From a virus (lineage: Duplodnaviria > Heunggongvirae > Uroviricota > Caudoviricetes), in the IMG/VR virus record IMGVR_UViG_3300024259_001450, positions 124,076 through 188,075 of that record: DNA of 64,000 nt; one strand, 5' to 3'. Position numbers and translations under genes: made by a program. Every line of letters starts with the position of its first letter. Positions within the stretch are counted from its first letter, which is position 1. The notes beneath the pieces are model-generated. The model had not been told where the DNA came from and ran no database searches. It was given only the letters and a program-made list of their open reading frames with translations. Positions 48,904-59,008 of this stretch are shown piece by piece.

Positions 48904-50262
48904 ATGAAATCCATAATCAAAAATATATCAAAAATAGCCAATTACTTTGATAAACACCATCAAGTTAAAGAGGCTAATTTTGTAGACAAAATAAACGCAA
49001 ACCTTGTTTTAAGCTATCGTTCTACCACAAAATGGACTAAAATAGCCAGTATTGGCACTCAAGACAAACTCACTGTTAAACACGCAGAAGATGTTATCAG
49101 TGCATTTCTATCTTTAGAGAAACTGTCTAGCACCATTAAGGATTCTAAAGATTTAAAATTAGCATGGGCTTATAGTAGTGCTTTATATGGTTTACTTAAA
49201 TATGCTAAGAAAGAAAATTTATTACCAATTGTTAAAACTAGCGGTGAACGATGGGATAAGGTAAAAGATACAATGATGGGTGTTGGAAGGGGATTAAAAG
49301 ACAGTTTACTTTCTCCTTTAAATAAGCCAATTCGTAGAGAAAAATATCTTAGAAATATAAAAAGAGTAGAAAAAATGGAATTAGCAGGACAGGGTGTTGC
49401 TCAGGAAATGCATTCAAACCAAGATGACCCTCAAAAGATTCAGGAATTATTCCAGAATTTTGTTGGAAGCCTAAATGAATCATTACAATTTTTTGCAAGA
49501 GAAGCGTCTGTTTCTTCTTATGATCAAGATCAATTCAATTTCCTTTTGAGTCATGGTGTTGTAGAAACTATTCAAGAAATACAATCATTAGGCAGAACTG
49601 CCCAGACACCAGACGATTTATTTAATATAGTTATTGACGGTATTAAACAACTACAAAATACAAGAATGCAACAAGGATATGCAGCGGCTCAACAAGAAAG
49701 AGGCGGTATGCCGCAAGGACAAAGACCGCAAGGGCAAGGACAAGGACCGCAAGGACAAACTCCTATTGGCGGATATGGTCAACAGCAACAGCGTCCTTTG
49801 AATCCTCAAGACGCATATGGTAAACGAACATTTTACGTGACTCGTCAGAGAGCGGCTTCATTTTTACAAAAATACGGAGGACAAGGTAAGGAAATATTAC
49901 AAATACTTACAGTTCCAGAAGATTGGGCGCAATATACAGAAGAAAATCAAAGTCAAAAATATCCCAAAGATTTGCCACCAGCACAACATCACGCCGCAAA
50001 TGAAGCATTTAGAGATGGAATAGCTCGTTTGATTAATAGATATGGCAATAACGCAGAAGCCATATTAGACCATCTGGGCATCCCGATACGTCATAAGAGT
50101 TGGCCTAATGCAGCAAGGGCCGGAATGGGCGGAAACAGGAATACTGGCAGAGGGACTGGTGATCCGTATGATCTAGGCAATCAAGGTTTATTCAGTCAGC
50201 AGGGCAGTGAAGAAGTTAATAAGAGTTTATATGATATGAGAAATACTGGCACCGGTTATTAA
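48904..50262 (+). CDS. Hypothetical protein with Gln/Gly/Pro-rich low-complexity segment
   Basis: GGMPQGQRPQGQGQGPQGQTPIGGYGQQQQRP segment. Possible virion or internal protein. Confidence 0.4.
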   Translation: MKSIIKNISKIANYFDKHHQVKEANFVDKINANLVLSYRSTTKWTKIASIGTQDKLTVKHAEDVISAFLSLEKLSSTIKDSKDLKLAWAYSSALYGLLKYAKKENLLPIVKTSGERWDKVKDTMMGVGRGLKDSLLSPLNKPIRREKYLRNIKRVEKMELAGQGVAQEMHSNQDDPQKIQELFQNFVGSLNESLQFFAREASVSSYDQDQFNFLLSHGVVETIQEIQSLGRTAQTPDDLFNIVIDGIKQLQNTRMQQGYAAAQQERGGMPQGQRPQGQGQGPQGQTPIGGYGQQQQRPLNPQDAYGKRTFYVTRQRAASFLQKYGGQGKEILQILTVPEDWAQYTEENQSQKYPKDLPPAQHHAANEAFRDGIARLINRYGNNAEAILDHLGIPIRHKSWPNAARAGMGGNRNTGRGTGDPYDLGNQGLFSQQGSEEVNKSLYDMRNTGTGY

Positions 50263-50302
50263 TTTTTTCAAAAATTAGATAATGCAAAACTGTCTTGACC
50301 TA

Positions 50303-50315
50303 CCTATAATTAAGT
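50303..50315 (+). promoter_or_regulatory. Related promoter-like motif CCTATAATTAAGT
   Basis: Variant of the same motif, 15 nt upstream of ATG at 50330. Confidence 0.25.
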
Positions 50316-50329
50316 GAAGGAAGAATAAA

Positions 50330-50668
50330 ATGGATAATGAAGAAAGACAAAACACTCAAAATGCACCTTTGCGATATACCCCCAGAGAAGGTAGACTTCC
50401 AGATGGTAGCGGAATGTTCTATGGGTATATGTGTAAAAAACAAGCAGAACAGAATGGTTCTATGCCTATGTTCCAAGGGAAAATAGAAAGAGAACTGATC
50501 GAAGAGATGGCAAACGATGCTCGTAAGAATGAAAAAGAAAGAATTAAATTCATTCGTAGAATGCAAATAGCTGGAAATGACCAATATCTCAGAGATATGG
50601 GATATGACGTACCTCCCCTCCAAGACATCACCTGGTGGGATCGATTCAAAACTTTTCTTGGCCTATAA
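50330..50668 (+). CDS. Hypothetical protein
   Basis: 112-aa ORF. Confidence 0.35.
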   Translation: MDNEERQNTQNAPLRYTPREGRLPDGSGMFYGYMCKKQAEQNGSMPMFQGKIERELIEEMANDARKNEKERIKFIRRMQIAGNDQYLRDMGYDVPPLQDITWWDRFKTFLGL

Positions 50669-50677
50669 ACCAAGACA

Positions 50678-52696
50678 TTGAAAGGGCTAATGATGGAAGA
50701 TATGTTTGATGATGCAGTCGCTGTAGCAGAAGATTCTCAAGCAGATAGAATCAAAGAGCTTGAAAAACTCATTTTCGCAGCAAGGAAACCTTATTATAAT
50801 GGCAATCCTATTATGGAGGACTCCGAATACGATGCCCTTGAAGATGAATTGCGTGAATTAGCACCAGATTCTAAGGTCTTTGACGAAGTTGGAGCAGATG
50901 ACGGTTCTGATGATTCCGTTAAATTCTCCAAGGAAAAGCACCAAGTTCCTATGGGAAGTCAAAGCAAGTGTGCCAATGAAGATGAATTCAGAGATTGGGA
51001 CAGACTTCATAATCTCGAAAATGAATCTGTTTTGGCGACATATAAGCTGGATGGAGCATCGTTGAATGTCGTGTATGAAGATGGTAAACTCGCAAAGGCT
51101 GTGACTCGCGGCAATGGTGTCGTAGGTCGCAATATCACTTCTAATGCCAAGAATTTCATCGGTATCCCTGCAACCATTAGTATGAAAGAACGTTTGGACA
51201 TTCGCGGTGAGTGCATTCTTTCTACTGAAAATTGGAAAGCAATCGATCCTAAAGCCTTGAATCCTCGCAACTTAGGAACAGGCATTATGAGCAGAGAAGA
51301 TGGAAAAGACTCTGACAAACTAAGATTTATTGCATTTGATGTGGTTTGTGAGAAGAAAGAATTCAAAACAGAACATGAAAAGATGAAATTCCTTAGACAT
51401 ATAGGAATTGAAGTTACATGGTATAAGATTTGTAAGAATGTTGATGAGGCTATCGAATTCTATCAAAAAATAGCCAAAGGGCGAACGAATTGTGCAGTAA
51501 GATTGCATGATTACCATGTATGGATTGATGGCATTGTAATGAAATTGAATAGTGTCGCAACCCAAGAGAAATTGGGGATTAGCAGTGGTCGTCCTAAGTG
51601 GTCTACTGCTTTGAAGTTCCCCCCACCTGGGGCGATTACATACATTAAAGACGTTGAATTGGGCGTGGGACATACTGGTGCAATTACGCCTGTGGCGTGG
51701 ATAGAACCAGTACAAATCGGTGGAACCACAGTTAAAAGAGCCACGCTGAATAACTGGGATTTCATCAATATGATGGACGTAGCCATTGGCGATAAGGTAA
51801 AAATCGTCAAGGGTGGTGATATCATTCCTAAATTGGTATCAGTTATAGATAGACCCAAAAACCGCACAGTCATTCCTGCTCCGACAGAGTGCCCTGAATG
51901 CGGCGGTCCTGTCGGAAGAGATACAAATGTCACTGGCGATTTGGGAGCAGTTATTCGCTGTACAAATACTGATTGTGATGCTCAAGCTGTCGGTAAGTTC
52001 AAGAGAATGGTTAAGAGGCTGGAAATTCTCGAAATCGGTGAGAGTATTATCGTTGGAATGTATGAAGCTGGCATTATTAAAACAATTGCTGATATGTTTA
52101 GAATCGAAAACCATCGTACTGAAATTTCTAAGCTAGAAGTAGGAAATGGTGTATGGGGTGAAAGTAGAACTGATAAAATGATTGATGAAGTCAATAAGAA
52201 AAAGAAAATGACTTTGGATGTCTTTTTGGGAATGCTTGGAATCAAGGGTCTTGGACAACGAAGGGCTAAGATTGTAATGGATAACGACGTAGCCCCTCAG
52301 ACGCTTGATGAGTGGCGTTCTGGTCAGTTGGTTAAAGTCGCTGACAAGGTTGGTGTTCCGAATATCGCTGTTAATATCCAAAAGGCGATTGATGCGAATA
52401 GCAACTTGATTGATGACCTAGTAACAGTGATCACAATTACAGAGACTAAACAAAAGCAAGACGGCGTTCTGTCTGGCAAGTCGTTTGTTTTGACTGGCAG
52501 TTTTAGCCGCAAGAAAGCATTGATTCACGCTGATATCGAGAACGCTGGTGGAGAAATCCATAAGAGTGTTAGTAAAAATATTGATTATCTTGTGCAAGCA
52601 GACAAGAACAGCACAAGTACAAAAACTCAAAAAGCAGAGAAGTTAGGAATCGAAGTTATTGATGAAGATGATCTAGCGGAGATAATTAATGGCTAA
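50678..52696 (+). CDS. ligA: NAD-dependent DNA ligase (LigA)
   Basis: Adenylation motif KLDGASLNVVYEDGKL. OB and Zn finger (CPECGGPV…C…C). HhH region. C-terminal BRCT (GKSFVLTGSFS…). Confidence 0.9.
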   Translation: MKGLMMEDMFDDAVAVAEDSQADRIKELEKLIFAARKPYYNGNPIMEDSEYDALEDELRELAPDSKVFDEVGADDGSDDSVKFSKEKHQVPMGSQSKCANEDEFRDWDRLHNLENESVLATYKLDGASLNVVYEDGKLAKAVTRGNGVVGRNITSNAKNFIGIPATISMKERLDIRGECILSTENWKAIDPKALNPRNLGTGIMSREDGKDSDKLRFIAFDVVCEKKEFKTEHEKMKFLRHIGIEVTWYKICKNVDEAIEFYQKIAKGRTNCAVRLHDYHVWIDGIVMKLNSVATQEKLGISSGRPKWSTALKFPPPGAITYIKDVELGVGHTGAITPVAWIEPVQIGGTTVKRATLNNWDFINMMDVAIGDKVKIVKGGDIIPKLVSVIDRPKNRTVIPAPTECPECGGPVGRDTNVTGDLGAVIRCTNTDCDAQAVGKFKRMVKRLEILEIGESIIVGMYEAGIIKTIADMFRIENHRTEISKLEVGNGVWGESRTDKMIDEVNKKKKMTLDVFLGMLGIKGLGQRRAKIVMDNDVAPQTLDEWRSGQLVKVADKVGVPNIAVNIQKAIDANSNLIDDLVTVITITETKQKQDGVLSGKSFVLTGSFSRKKALIHADIENAGGEIHKSVSKNIDYLVQADKNSTSTKTQKAEKLGIEVIDEDDLAEIING

Positions 52697-52765
52697 AGAC
52701 CAAATAAAGATAAGCCCGTTTGTCCATTTTGCGGAAGTCCTCATGTCGAAGTACAAACTGGCCCT

Positions 52766-53269
52766 ATGACATTGGTTGGATATTCTGGCAAATTAGATAT
52801 CAATCATCATTGGGATGGTTGTCTTTGTATAGAATGCCATAAAAGTTGGACTATGGAGTGGAAAGGCGAAGAAAAACTAAAAGGATATAATGTTTGGCAT
52901 GTGGACAGTAACAACCATGTTATCGCAGGGATTCCCTCATGCTTTGAGAGTTATGTATATACATGTTCCGAATGTGGAGGGGATGTAAAAAGGCATTTTT
53001 TTGATAAAGATACGAGAAATACTGCCAAATGTTTAAGTCAAAAAATAGGCGGTGAAAGATACTACGATATCTATTTTATTTGTGAAGATTGTAAAGTCGA
53101 AGAAAAATGTTCTAATGATCATTATATATTTTATAATCCACACAAGCCAATTCGTCCTTCCAAAAACTGGTTAATTACCGGTTGGAAGATAATACAGGAG
53201 ACAGGAATAGTAGTTATTAACGACTCTGGAATTAGTCGTATTGATTTGATAGAGGAAAAAAATGAGTAA
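52766..53269 (+). CDS. Cys/His-rich zinc-finger protein
   Basis: Multiple CxxC pairs (CLCIECH, CSECGG, CEDCK). Confidence 0.35.
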   Translation: MTLVGYSGKLDINHHWDGCLCIECHKSWTMEWKGEEKLKGYNVWHVDSNNHVIAGIPSCFESYVYTCSECGGDVKRHFFDKDTRNTAKCLSQKIGGERYYDIYFICEDCKVEEKCSNDHYIFYNPHKPIRPSKNWLITGWKIIQETGIVVINDSGISRIDLIEEKNE

Positions 53270-53882
53270 AGATTACGGCAAGAAGTGCGAAAAAGTTTTC
53301 GCAAAAGAATTATCATTGATTAAAGACCAGAAGATAAGGGATTTTGTAGTTAAATGTTTTGAGGAATTGTGCCCAGATTATTTTTGGACTGTCCCAGCGT
53401 CCACCAGTGGACGTTATCATCCAGATCATTCTAATGGAAAAGGTGGGCTTGTAAGGCATGTAAAGGCGGCAATCTGGTGGGCTGAAAAGCTACTTTGTGC
53501 ATTTGATAGCGATAATGGGGAAAAAGACACTACGAATAAAGATGCTGTTATCGCAGCATTAATTCTCCATGATATGAAGAAAAATGGGGACAGCCTAGAC
53601 GACAAGAAAAAGAGCGGTTATCGCATTACACAGACTCATGGCGTTTCTTTGGGGCATCGTATTTTCGATATAGTTCTCAAGAAAAAAGCAAACAAAGTAC
53701 AATCATTAATCATTTACGCTGTCCAAAGTCATATGGGCGTATGGACAAGGCCGAATGAATATCGTCCTGACAATATTCCATTGCCATTAGCGTACCATGT
53801 CGCTCATATCGTTCATATGGCAGATTTCTGTGCTGCTCAAAAGACAGAAACTTTACCGAAAGAAGTGGGATATAAAAAATAG
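53262..53882 (+). CDS. HD-domain phosphohydrolase
   Basis: H…HPDH…LILHDMKK…H arrangement. Confidence 0.5.
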   Translation: MSKDYGKKCEKVFAKELSLIKDQKIRDFVVKCFEELCPDYFWTVPASTSGRYHPDHSNGKGGLVRHVKAAIWWAEKLLCAFDSDNGEKDTTNKDAVIAALILHDMKKNGDSLDDKKKSGYRITQTHGVSLGHRIFDIVLKKKANKVQSLIIYAVQSHMGVWTRPNEYRPDNIPLPLAYHVAHIVHMADFCAAQKTETLPKEVGYKK

Positions 53883-54767
53883 ATGGATGATAAATTAGAA
53901 CAAAAGAATATTAAAGCCGGAGCAGAACTTGCCTATTATATTCAACGAGTGCAAAGCAGTTCGGAAAATATGTTAGAAAGTTTTCAATGTCTACAAAAAA
54001 TTCTAGACGAAAAAATAGCAGAAACAATTGATGGCGACTTACAATATATGGTTCTAAATGAATATCTTTCTAATGTTGTCGATTTTCAATTTTCAATTGA
54101 AGAAATTAAAGAAAAGAATGAACGATTCTTCAAAGATTTAAGCGAAGCAGATATCAAGGGAATGAAAAAGAATAGTACGATGATGACTATTAAAGATTTT
54201 ACTAAAAATTTAGCATCATTACGTAGTGATCAATCGATAGTATTTAGACCTGTTGGTAATCCACTTGAAGTGAATAGGGTTTCGTGTGATAATCCAATAA
54301 CAGGCAGATGGGTTGGAGTTATTGTAAAAGATATTAATAAATTTTCAGGTCTATCTAAAGAGATTCAATCTAAAGTTGTTAAAACCACAAAAAGATATTT
54401 TGTTAATGCTATTGTTCAAAATGTAAAAGATAACTATTCTAATGCTTCTGGCCATTTTAATTCTTCTGGTTTGAAAATAGTAAAAAAACTAAAAATATTA
54501 GAATTGCCTCAAACAGCATATCGAGAGTTAAAAGACGCTGAACAACTTAAAGGAGTAACGGCTGGTGATTGGAATAATGGATTAGAACTTAAAATGACTA
54601 GAACTGGCTCTGGTATGCAAACAAGATATGCAGTGAAATTTATATCATCAGGCCCATTGGGCAAAAAAGAAAGAGAAATCATCAAAAAACAAGGGTTATT
54701 TGAATTAGAGAAATCAATTCCCTTGGTAGAGGACGAGAAAAAATTAAGAAAGAAATTGGGAATATAA
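53883..54767 (+). CDS. Hypothetical protein
   Basis: 294-aa ORF. Confidence 0.4.
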   Translation: MDDKLEQKNIKAGAELAYYIQRVQSSSENMLESFQCLQKILDEKIAETIDGDLQYMVLNEYLSNVVDFQFSIEEIKEKNERFFKDLSEADIKGMKKNSTMMTIKDFTKNLASLRSDQSIVFRPVGNPLEVNRVSCDNPITGRWVGVIVKDINKFSGLSKEIQSKVVKTTKRYFVNAIVQNVKDNYSNASGHFNSSGLKIVKKLKILELPQTAYRELKDAEQLKGVTAGDWNNGLELKMTRTGSGMQTRYAVKFISSGPLGKKEREIIKKQGLFELEKSIPLVEDEKKLRKKLGI

Positions 54768-55279
54768 TGACCTATAAACCTATTTTCAAATTAGGCGAAT
54801 CAGAAAACAAGAAACTGTTAGACAGTCTATCAGGATGGTTTGAGGCAACCAAATCTGCTAGTTTAAAAGCGATTTCCTTTGAACAAGCTAAAGAGAAGGG
54901 TGTCATCGAAGAAGATGGGACAGTTAATACCAAAGAAGGAAAAGTCAAGGCTAAAAAAGGGTCAATGATTTGTATGGGTATTGAAGGAGAACTGTGGGTT
55001 CAAGAAGAAAAACGCCTAGAAGATAAATATACCAAATCTAATTTTCTTTGGAAAGATGTTGTTAAAGATGTTAAATGGAGAATCTATAATCCGAAGAAAG
55101 AAGAAAATAAGGTAAGAGCCGTACAAGTCAATGACAGGGAAGAGTTTACGGTAAAAGCGTCTTGGGGAAATTTAAAAGGCAAAAAGGGCGATTACATTTT
55201 ACAAGATATTGATAATCCTGATGATGTATGGATCATCGATAAAAATATATTTTCTAAGACGTACAAGTATGTCTCCTGA
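54767..55279 (+). CDS. Hypothetical protein
   Basis: 170-aa ORF coupled via ATGA. Confidence 0.4.
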   Translation: MTYKPIFKLGESENKKLLDSLSGWFEATKSASLKAISFEQAKEKGVIEEDGTVNTKEGKVKAKKGSMICMGIEGELWVQEEKRLEDKYTKSNFLWKDVVKDVKWRIYNPKKEENKVRAVQVNDREEFTVKASWGNLKGKKGDYILQDIDNPDDVWIIDKNIFSKTYKYVS

Positions 55280-55291
55280 CTATAATGTAGT
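55280..55291 (+). promoter_or_regulatory. Conserved promoter-like motif CTATAATGTAGT
   Basis: Identical 12-mer 16 nt upstream of ATG at 55307. Confidence 0.35.
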
Positions 55292-55306
55292 GCAAGGAGA
55301 TAAAAG

Positions 55307-55678
55307 ATGTTAGATTTTATTGGCAAGATGATCGATATCGTTTTCCTATTTGGAATCCCCGTTTTGGTGGCAATCATAGGACTGGTTTCATTTTTCGCAT
55401 TTTTTGGTTATATTCAAGCCGGTGACCCACAAACAGGATTTTATGCTGGCACTGTTTTCATCTGCACATTTGCATTCTTTTTTAATTGGTGGCCTGAGAT
55501 TTTGAGTTACGAACAGGTCGCTGATACTAAGATGGCAGATATGATGATCTCTACTGTAGTGGCGTTTATCATTATGCTAATATGTATTAGGTTTAGTAGC
55601 TTGCTAATACGTAGATTAAAAATGCCTGCTGTACTTGTTTTCTTGCTTTACTTAGGTTTTCTTATTTTTGGTTTTTAA
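55307..55678 (+). CDS. Membrane protein
   Basis: Three or four hydrophobic helices. Preceded by the CTATAATGTAGT motif. Confidence 0.4.
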   Translation: MLDFIGKMIDIVFLFGIPVLVAIIGLVSFFAFFGYIQAGDPQTGFYAGTVFICTFAFFFNWWPEILSYEQVADTKMADMMISTVVAFIIMLICIRFSSLLIRRLKMPAVLVFLLYLGFLIFGF

Positions 55679-55694
55679 ATGGGAGGAATACACT

Positions 55695-55922
55695 ATGAAT
55701 CCTAAACGTAAAAGACACTCACAACAAGATCACGAAATATACCCCGAAGATCAAGACAATTTTTCAATCGATGACGATTGGGAAGAAGATTGGGAAGAAG
55801 AGGATGATTTGGATGATGAATACATCGATGATGGCTATTGGCTAGAAGAAGATGATTTTGGAAGATGTTTCGATGATGACGACGAGTTGGAAGAAGATGA
55901 AGATTTTGAAGATGAAGATTAG
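55695..55922 (+). CDS. Highly acidic (Asp/Glu-rich) small protein
   Basis: GGGAGG RBS. DDDWEEDWEEEDDLDDE… composition. Confidence 0.35.
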   Translation: MNPKRKRHSQQDHEIYPEDQDNFSIDDDWEEDWEEEDDLDDEYIDDGYWLEEDDFGRCFDDDDELEEDEDFEDED

Positions 55923-56034
55923 AAAATTGTTTAAAAAAGGAATTGATATAAAAACAATATCTGAAATTACTGGAATGTCATATTCTGGTGTTTATGCGAT
56001 GATACAGAGGAATAATATCAAAAAGGAGATGTAA
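55912..56034 (+). CDS. Small HTH DNA-binding protein
   Basis: ISEITGMSYSGVYAMIQRNN helix-turn-helix-like segment. Confidence 0.3.
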   Translation: MKIRKLFKKGIDIKTISEITGMSYSGVYAMIQRNNIKKEM

Positions 56035-56118
56035 ATAATGAATAAAGGAATCAATGTCCGCAGTGAGAACACTTTTTTCACTGCGGACCCATAACTACAT
56101 TTTGATCACGGCAATATT

Positions 56119-56721
56119 ATGAAGTATTGTCTAAGGACTAAATACATGGATGACCGTGAAAAGAACATCCTCGAAACAGGCGATGAACAAGCGAAGAGAC
56201 AACTGCGCATGTCTAGAGAGTCTATTGAACGAATGAATACGGATATCATTGATAATATTAATGCCGTTGTATATTCTAATGCAACTTTGTGGATTTTGGG
56301 AGATTTGGGATTCTTTAAGCATCATGATTCAGTACAAAAAACAATTGACAAAATAAATTGCAAAAACATATATTATGTGATGGGCAATCATGACAAATAT
56401 GCGAATATTCATCCGTGCGTAGCAAAGACATTTGATCAAGTTTTAATTCAAGTAGAAGGTCAGTATATTGTTCTAAATCATTATCCTATGCTAAGATGGG
56501 ACCATTCCCATCGCGGTTCTTGGAACCTTTTTGGGCATTGTCATTGCAACGTAAATGAATGGATTGAAAATCGTATGCCAGAGGCGAAAATGCTTGATGT
56601 CGGTGTGGATGGTCACAACTATAAGCCGTGGTCGTTTGAGGAAGTTCAAGCGTATATGGATACGAAAAAAGGCGAAGGGATATTCGAGAAAAAAGAAGCA
56701 GTTTGGACCAAGGAGACTTAA
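56119..56721 (+). CDS. Calcineurin-like metallophosphoesterase
   Basis: ILGDLGFF…MGNHD…NHYP…GHCH motif series. Confidence 0.65.
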   Translation: MKYCLRTKYMDDREKNILETGDEQAKRQLRMSRESIERMNTDIIDNINAVVYSNATLWILGDLGFFKHHDSVQKTIDKINCKNIYYVMGNHDKYANIHPCVAKTFDQVLIQVEGQYIVLNHYPMLRWDHSHRGSWNLFGHCHCNVNEWIENRMPEAKMLDVGVDGHNYKPWSFEEVQAYMDTKKGEGIFEKKEAVWTKET

Positions 56722-57818
56722 TGAATTATTTGCTAGTAGGTGGCCGATTTGGATTCGACGACGGAAGAACTTCTTCCTCATATATGGGAAAACTCTTTCG
56801 ATCTCTTCGTAAAAATATTGATACAGATGATGATGTAACAATGACAAACGGAGGCTCTTGGCAAGACCTTCTCGACATTTTCGAGACAGTGACTCAGTAT
56901 GATGTGATTTTTTGGTTCCCAGATATTCCTAACGATAACCAAAAATTAATTCTTTCGCTTAAAAAGAAACATCAAAAATGCATTCTAATTACTTCTAAAA
57001 ACAATCTTGGTGATGAATATCCTGCATTGTATCTGATTGGCAAAATGCTTAGAGTAAAAAGTAACTTGCTATTGGAATTCACAAAGAATGATAATGGTCT
57101 TTTTGAGGGAACTGTACTTGATCCTCTTGGGAATGTATTTGTCAGCAAAACGACTGACATAGACATTTTGGCTAAGACGCTGTTTGATAGAGTGGATGAA
57201 TTAACAGGATTTACTCGTATTCCGAGTGCAAGACTTGGCGATGCAATTGAAGTGCCTGACAAAAAAGAGTTCTTTAAACTTGCCAAACAATATGCAGATA
57301 GATTTCATGAGTTAGTACATGCTATTGATCAAGATAGATTCTTGGGGAATATATCATTTAGGTGTGAAGCTGGTTTTCCGTCTTTTCGCCATAAAGACTT
57401 GATCTTTGTATCCAAGAGAAACATTGACAAAAGACACATAGGAACAGAAGGATTTGTAGCTGTAAATCCATTGTCATTAGACACAGTGGAATATTATGGG
57501 GATCATAAGCCTTCAATTGATACGCCAACGCAATTACGTCTATATGACTATTATGAGAATATCAATTATATGTTGCATTCTCATGTATATATCAAAGATG
57601 CTCCATTTACGGAGTGGGTAATTCCTTGTGGTGCAGTAGAAGAAACAGGTGAAATTATCTTCGTGTTTAAGGATTGGGGTTTGGATTTCTTTAGAGTAAA
57701 TCTAAAAGGGCATGGCTCATTAATACTTTCTTCTGATGTAGAGAGGCTGAAAGATATTGATTATGTGACTAGGCCAATGCCAGAGATTTACAAAGACTAT
57801 AAGATCAAGTTGAGATAA
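56721..57818 (+). CDS. Hypothetical protein
   Basis: 366-aa ORF coupled via TAATG. Confidence 0.4.
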   Translation: MNYLLVGGRFGFDDGRTSSSYMGKLFRSLRKNIDTDDDVTMTNGGSWQDLLDIFETVTQYDVIFWFPDIPNDNQKLILSLKKKHQKCILITSKNNLGDEYPALYLIGKMLRVKSNLLLEFTKNDNGLFEGTVLDPLGNVFVSKTTDIDILAKTLFDRVDELTGFTRIPSARLGDAIEVPDKKEFFKLAKQYADRFHELVHAIDQDRFLGNISFRCEAGFPSFRHKDLIFVSKRNIDKRHIGTEGFVAVNPLSLDTVEYYGDHKPSIDTPTQLRLYDYYENINYMLHSHVYIKDAPFTEWVIPCGAVEETGEIIFVFKDWGLDFFRVNLKGHGSLILSSDVERLKDIDYVTRPMPEIYKDYKIKLR

Positions 57819-57829
57819 GGAGTAATACA

Positions 57830-58132
57830 ATGGTTCCAGGATCATTATTAGGCGATTCACCAGCCGCCAATGAGTTAATAAAAATATTAAACAAACTTAA
57901 CGATAAAAAAATGAGAAGAAAGGTGTCTTCTATTTTTCAGAGATATACATATGACATGAAGAGTATACAGAATATTGACGATAATCATACTAGAGCATTA
58001 GTGTCTGTATTATTGAGAAAACATGCTCTAGATGTCATTGAGGATACATTGTATTTTCCACAAGAAATTAAATTTTTTATGAAAAATATGGTTATAACAC
58101 TTTACAAACAGTATTTACGAGGAGAAAAGTAA
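57830..58132 (+). CDS. Hypothetical protein
   Basis: 100-aa ORF. Confidence 0.35.
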   Translation: MVPGSLLGDSPAANELIKILNKLNDKKMRRKVSSIFQRYTYDMKSIQNIDDNHTRALVSVLLRKHALDVIEDTLYFPQEIKFFMKNMVITLYKQYLRGEK

Positions 58133-58447
58133 ATGGGTGAAACAATAGCAATTGCAATTATTCTTATAGTTGCACTAGTCGCGTTGGTTGTTTTGGGCAA
58201 AAAAAATAGTTGCTCTTGTACAGGAAAAACGTTAGAAGCATTTGGAAATGGAGAAAATGAAATGAATGAAGAATACTATATCGAAACATGGGAAAGTAAA
58301 GATGGATGGCGTTGGCGTTTAATGCATGAAAATGGTAATATCCTTGCCGACAGCGAAGCATACTCTTCCAAGCAAATGATGTCAAAGACGGCAGATGGCG
58401 TAGCAGAAACATTCAAGTTGAAAATCGTTGAAGCAAAAACAGAATAA
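58133..58447 (+). CDS. YegP/DUF1508-like protein with N-terminal transmembrane helix
   Basis: …WESKDGWRWRLMHENGNILADSEAYSSKQ… resembles the YegP repeat. Confidence 0.45.
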   Translation: MGETIAIAIILIVALVALVVLGKKNSCSCTGKTLEAFGNGENEMNEEYYIETWESKDGWRWRLMHENGNILADSEAYSSKQMMSKTADGVAETFKLKIVEAKTE

Positions 58448-58450
58448 ACA

Positions 58451-58864
58451 ATGGCTAAAGAGAGAAATGACAATCAAGATATCCATTATGTAACATGGAA
58501 ACAATATGATAGTATGTTGTATCAGTTATCTCATAAACTAGAAAAACTACCCACCGGCATACAATTATATGGAATTCCTCGTGGCGGTATTCACATTGCG
58601 TTGGACTTAAATTACATATTAAAAGATACGATTTTCATTATGTCAATTCCGAGCATTCCGCCAGATCAAAAGCATGATAACATATTGATACTCGATGATA
58701 TCGTTGATTCTGGTGATACGATTGTGAAATACAGCAATTCATTTAAAACGGCTTCGTTGTTTTATCGTTACAATTCTGTGTATAAACCAGATTACTATGT
58801 TGAAGAAATATACAATGATGATTGGATTCAGTTTCCTTGGGAACGAGATTTAGGAGCAATTTAA
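58451..58864 (+). CDS. Type I phosphoribosyltransferase
   Basis: PRPP-binding motif ILILDDIVDSGDT. Confidence 0.65.
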   Translation: MAKERNDNQDIHYVTWKQYDSMLYQLSHKLEKLPTGIQLYGIPRGGIHIALDLNYILKDTIFIMSIPSIPPDQKHDNILILDDIVDSGDTIVKYSNSFKTASLFYRYNSVYKPDYYVEEIYNDDWIQFPWERDLGAI

Positions 58865-58907
58865 TTTAAAAACAAAACTTCTACGCTATAATACATTAGA
58901 GGCAAAT

Positions 58908-58980
58908 GGGCCAGTAGCTTAATTGGGAAAGCACTACACTTGCAATGTGGAGGATATGGGTTCGATTCCCATCTGTGTCC
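58908..58980 (+). tRNA. tRNA-like gene, anticodon UGC (Ala) by canonical numbering; acceptor stem imperfect
   Basis: D-stem GCTT/AAGC with GG in the loop. Anticodon stem CTACA/TGTGG, loop cTTGCaa. T-arm ATGGG-TTCGATT-CCCAT. Acceptor GGGCCAG/CTGTGTC pairs at 5 of 7 positions (3:70 G·G, 4:69 C·T). TATAAT 17 nt upstream. Confidence 0.45.
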
Positions 58981-59008
58981 AGTAAATTTTTGGAATAAGA
59001 ATAAACAG

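Noticed and set aside
50295-50310. TTGACC followed by TATAAT read as a sigma-70 promoter
   Set aside because: The spacer is only 4 nt. The TATAAT part instead belongs to the recurrent CCTATAAT(G/T)TAGT motif.
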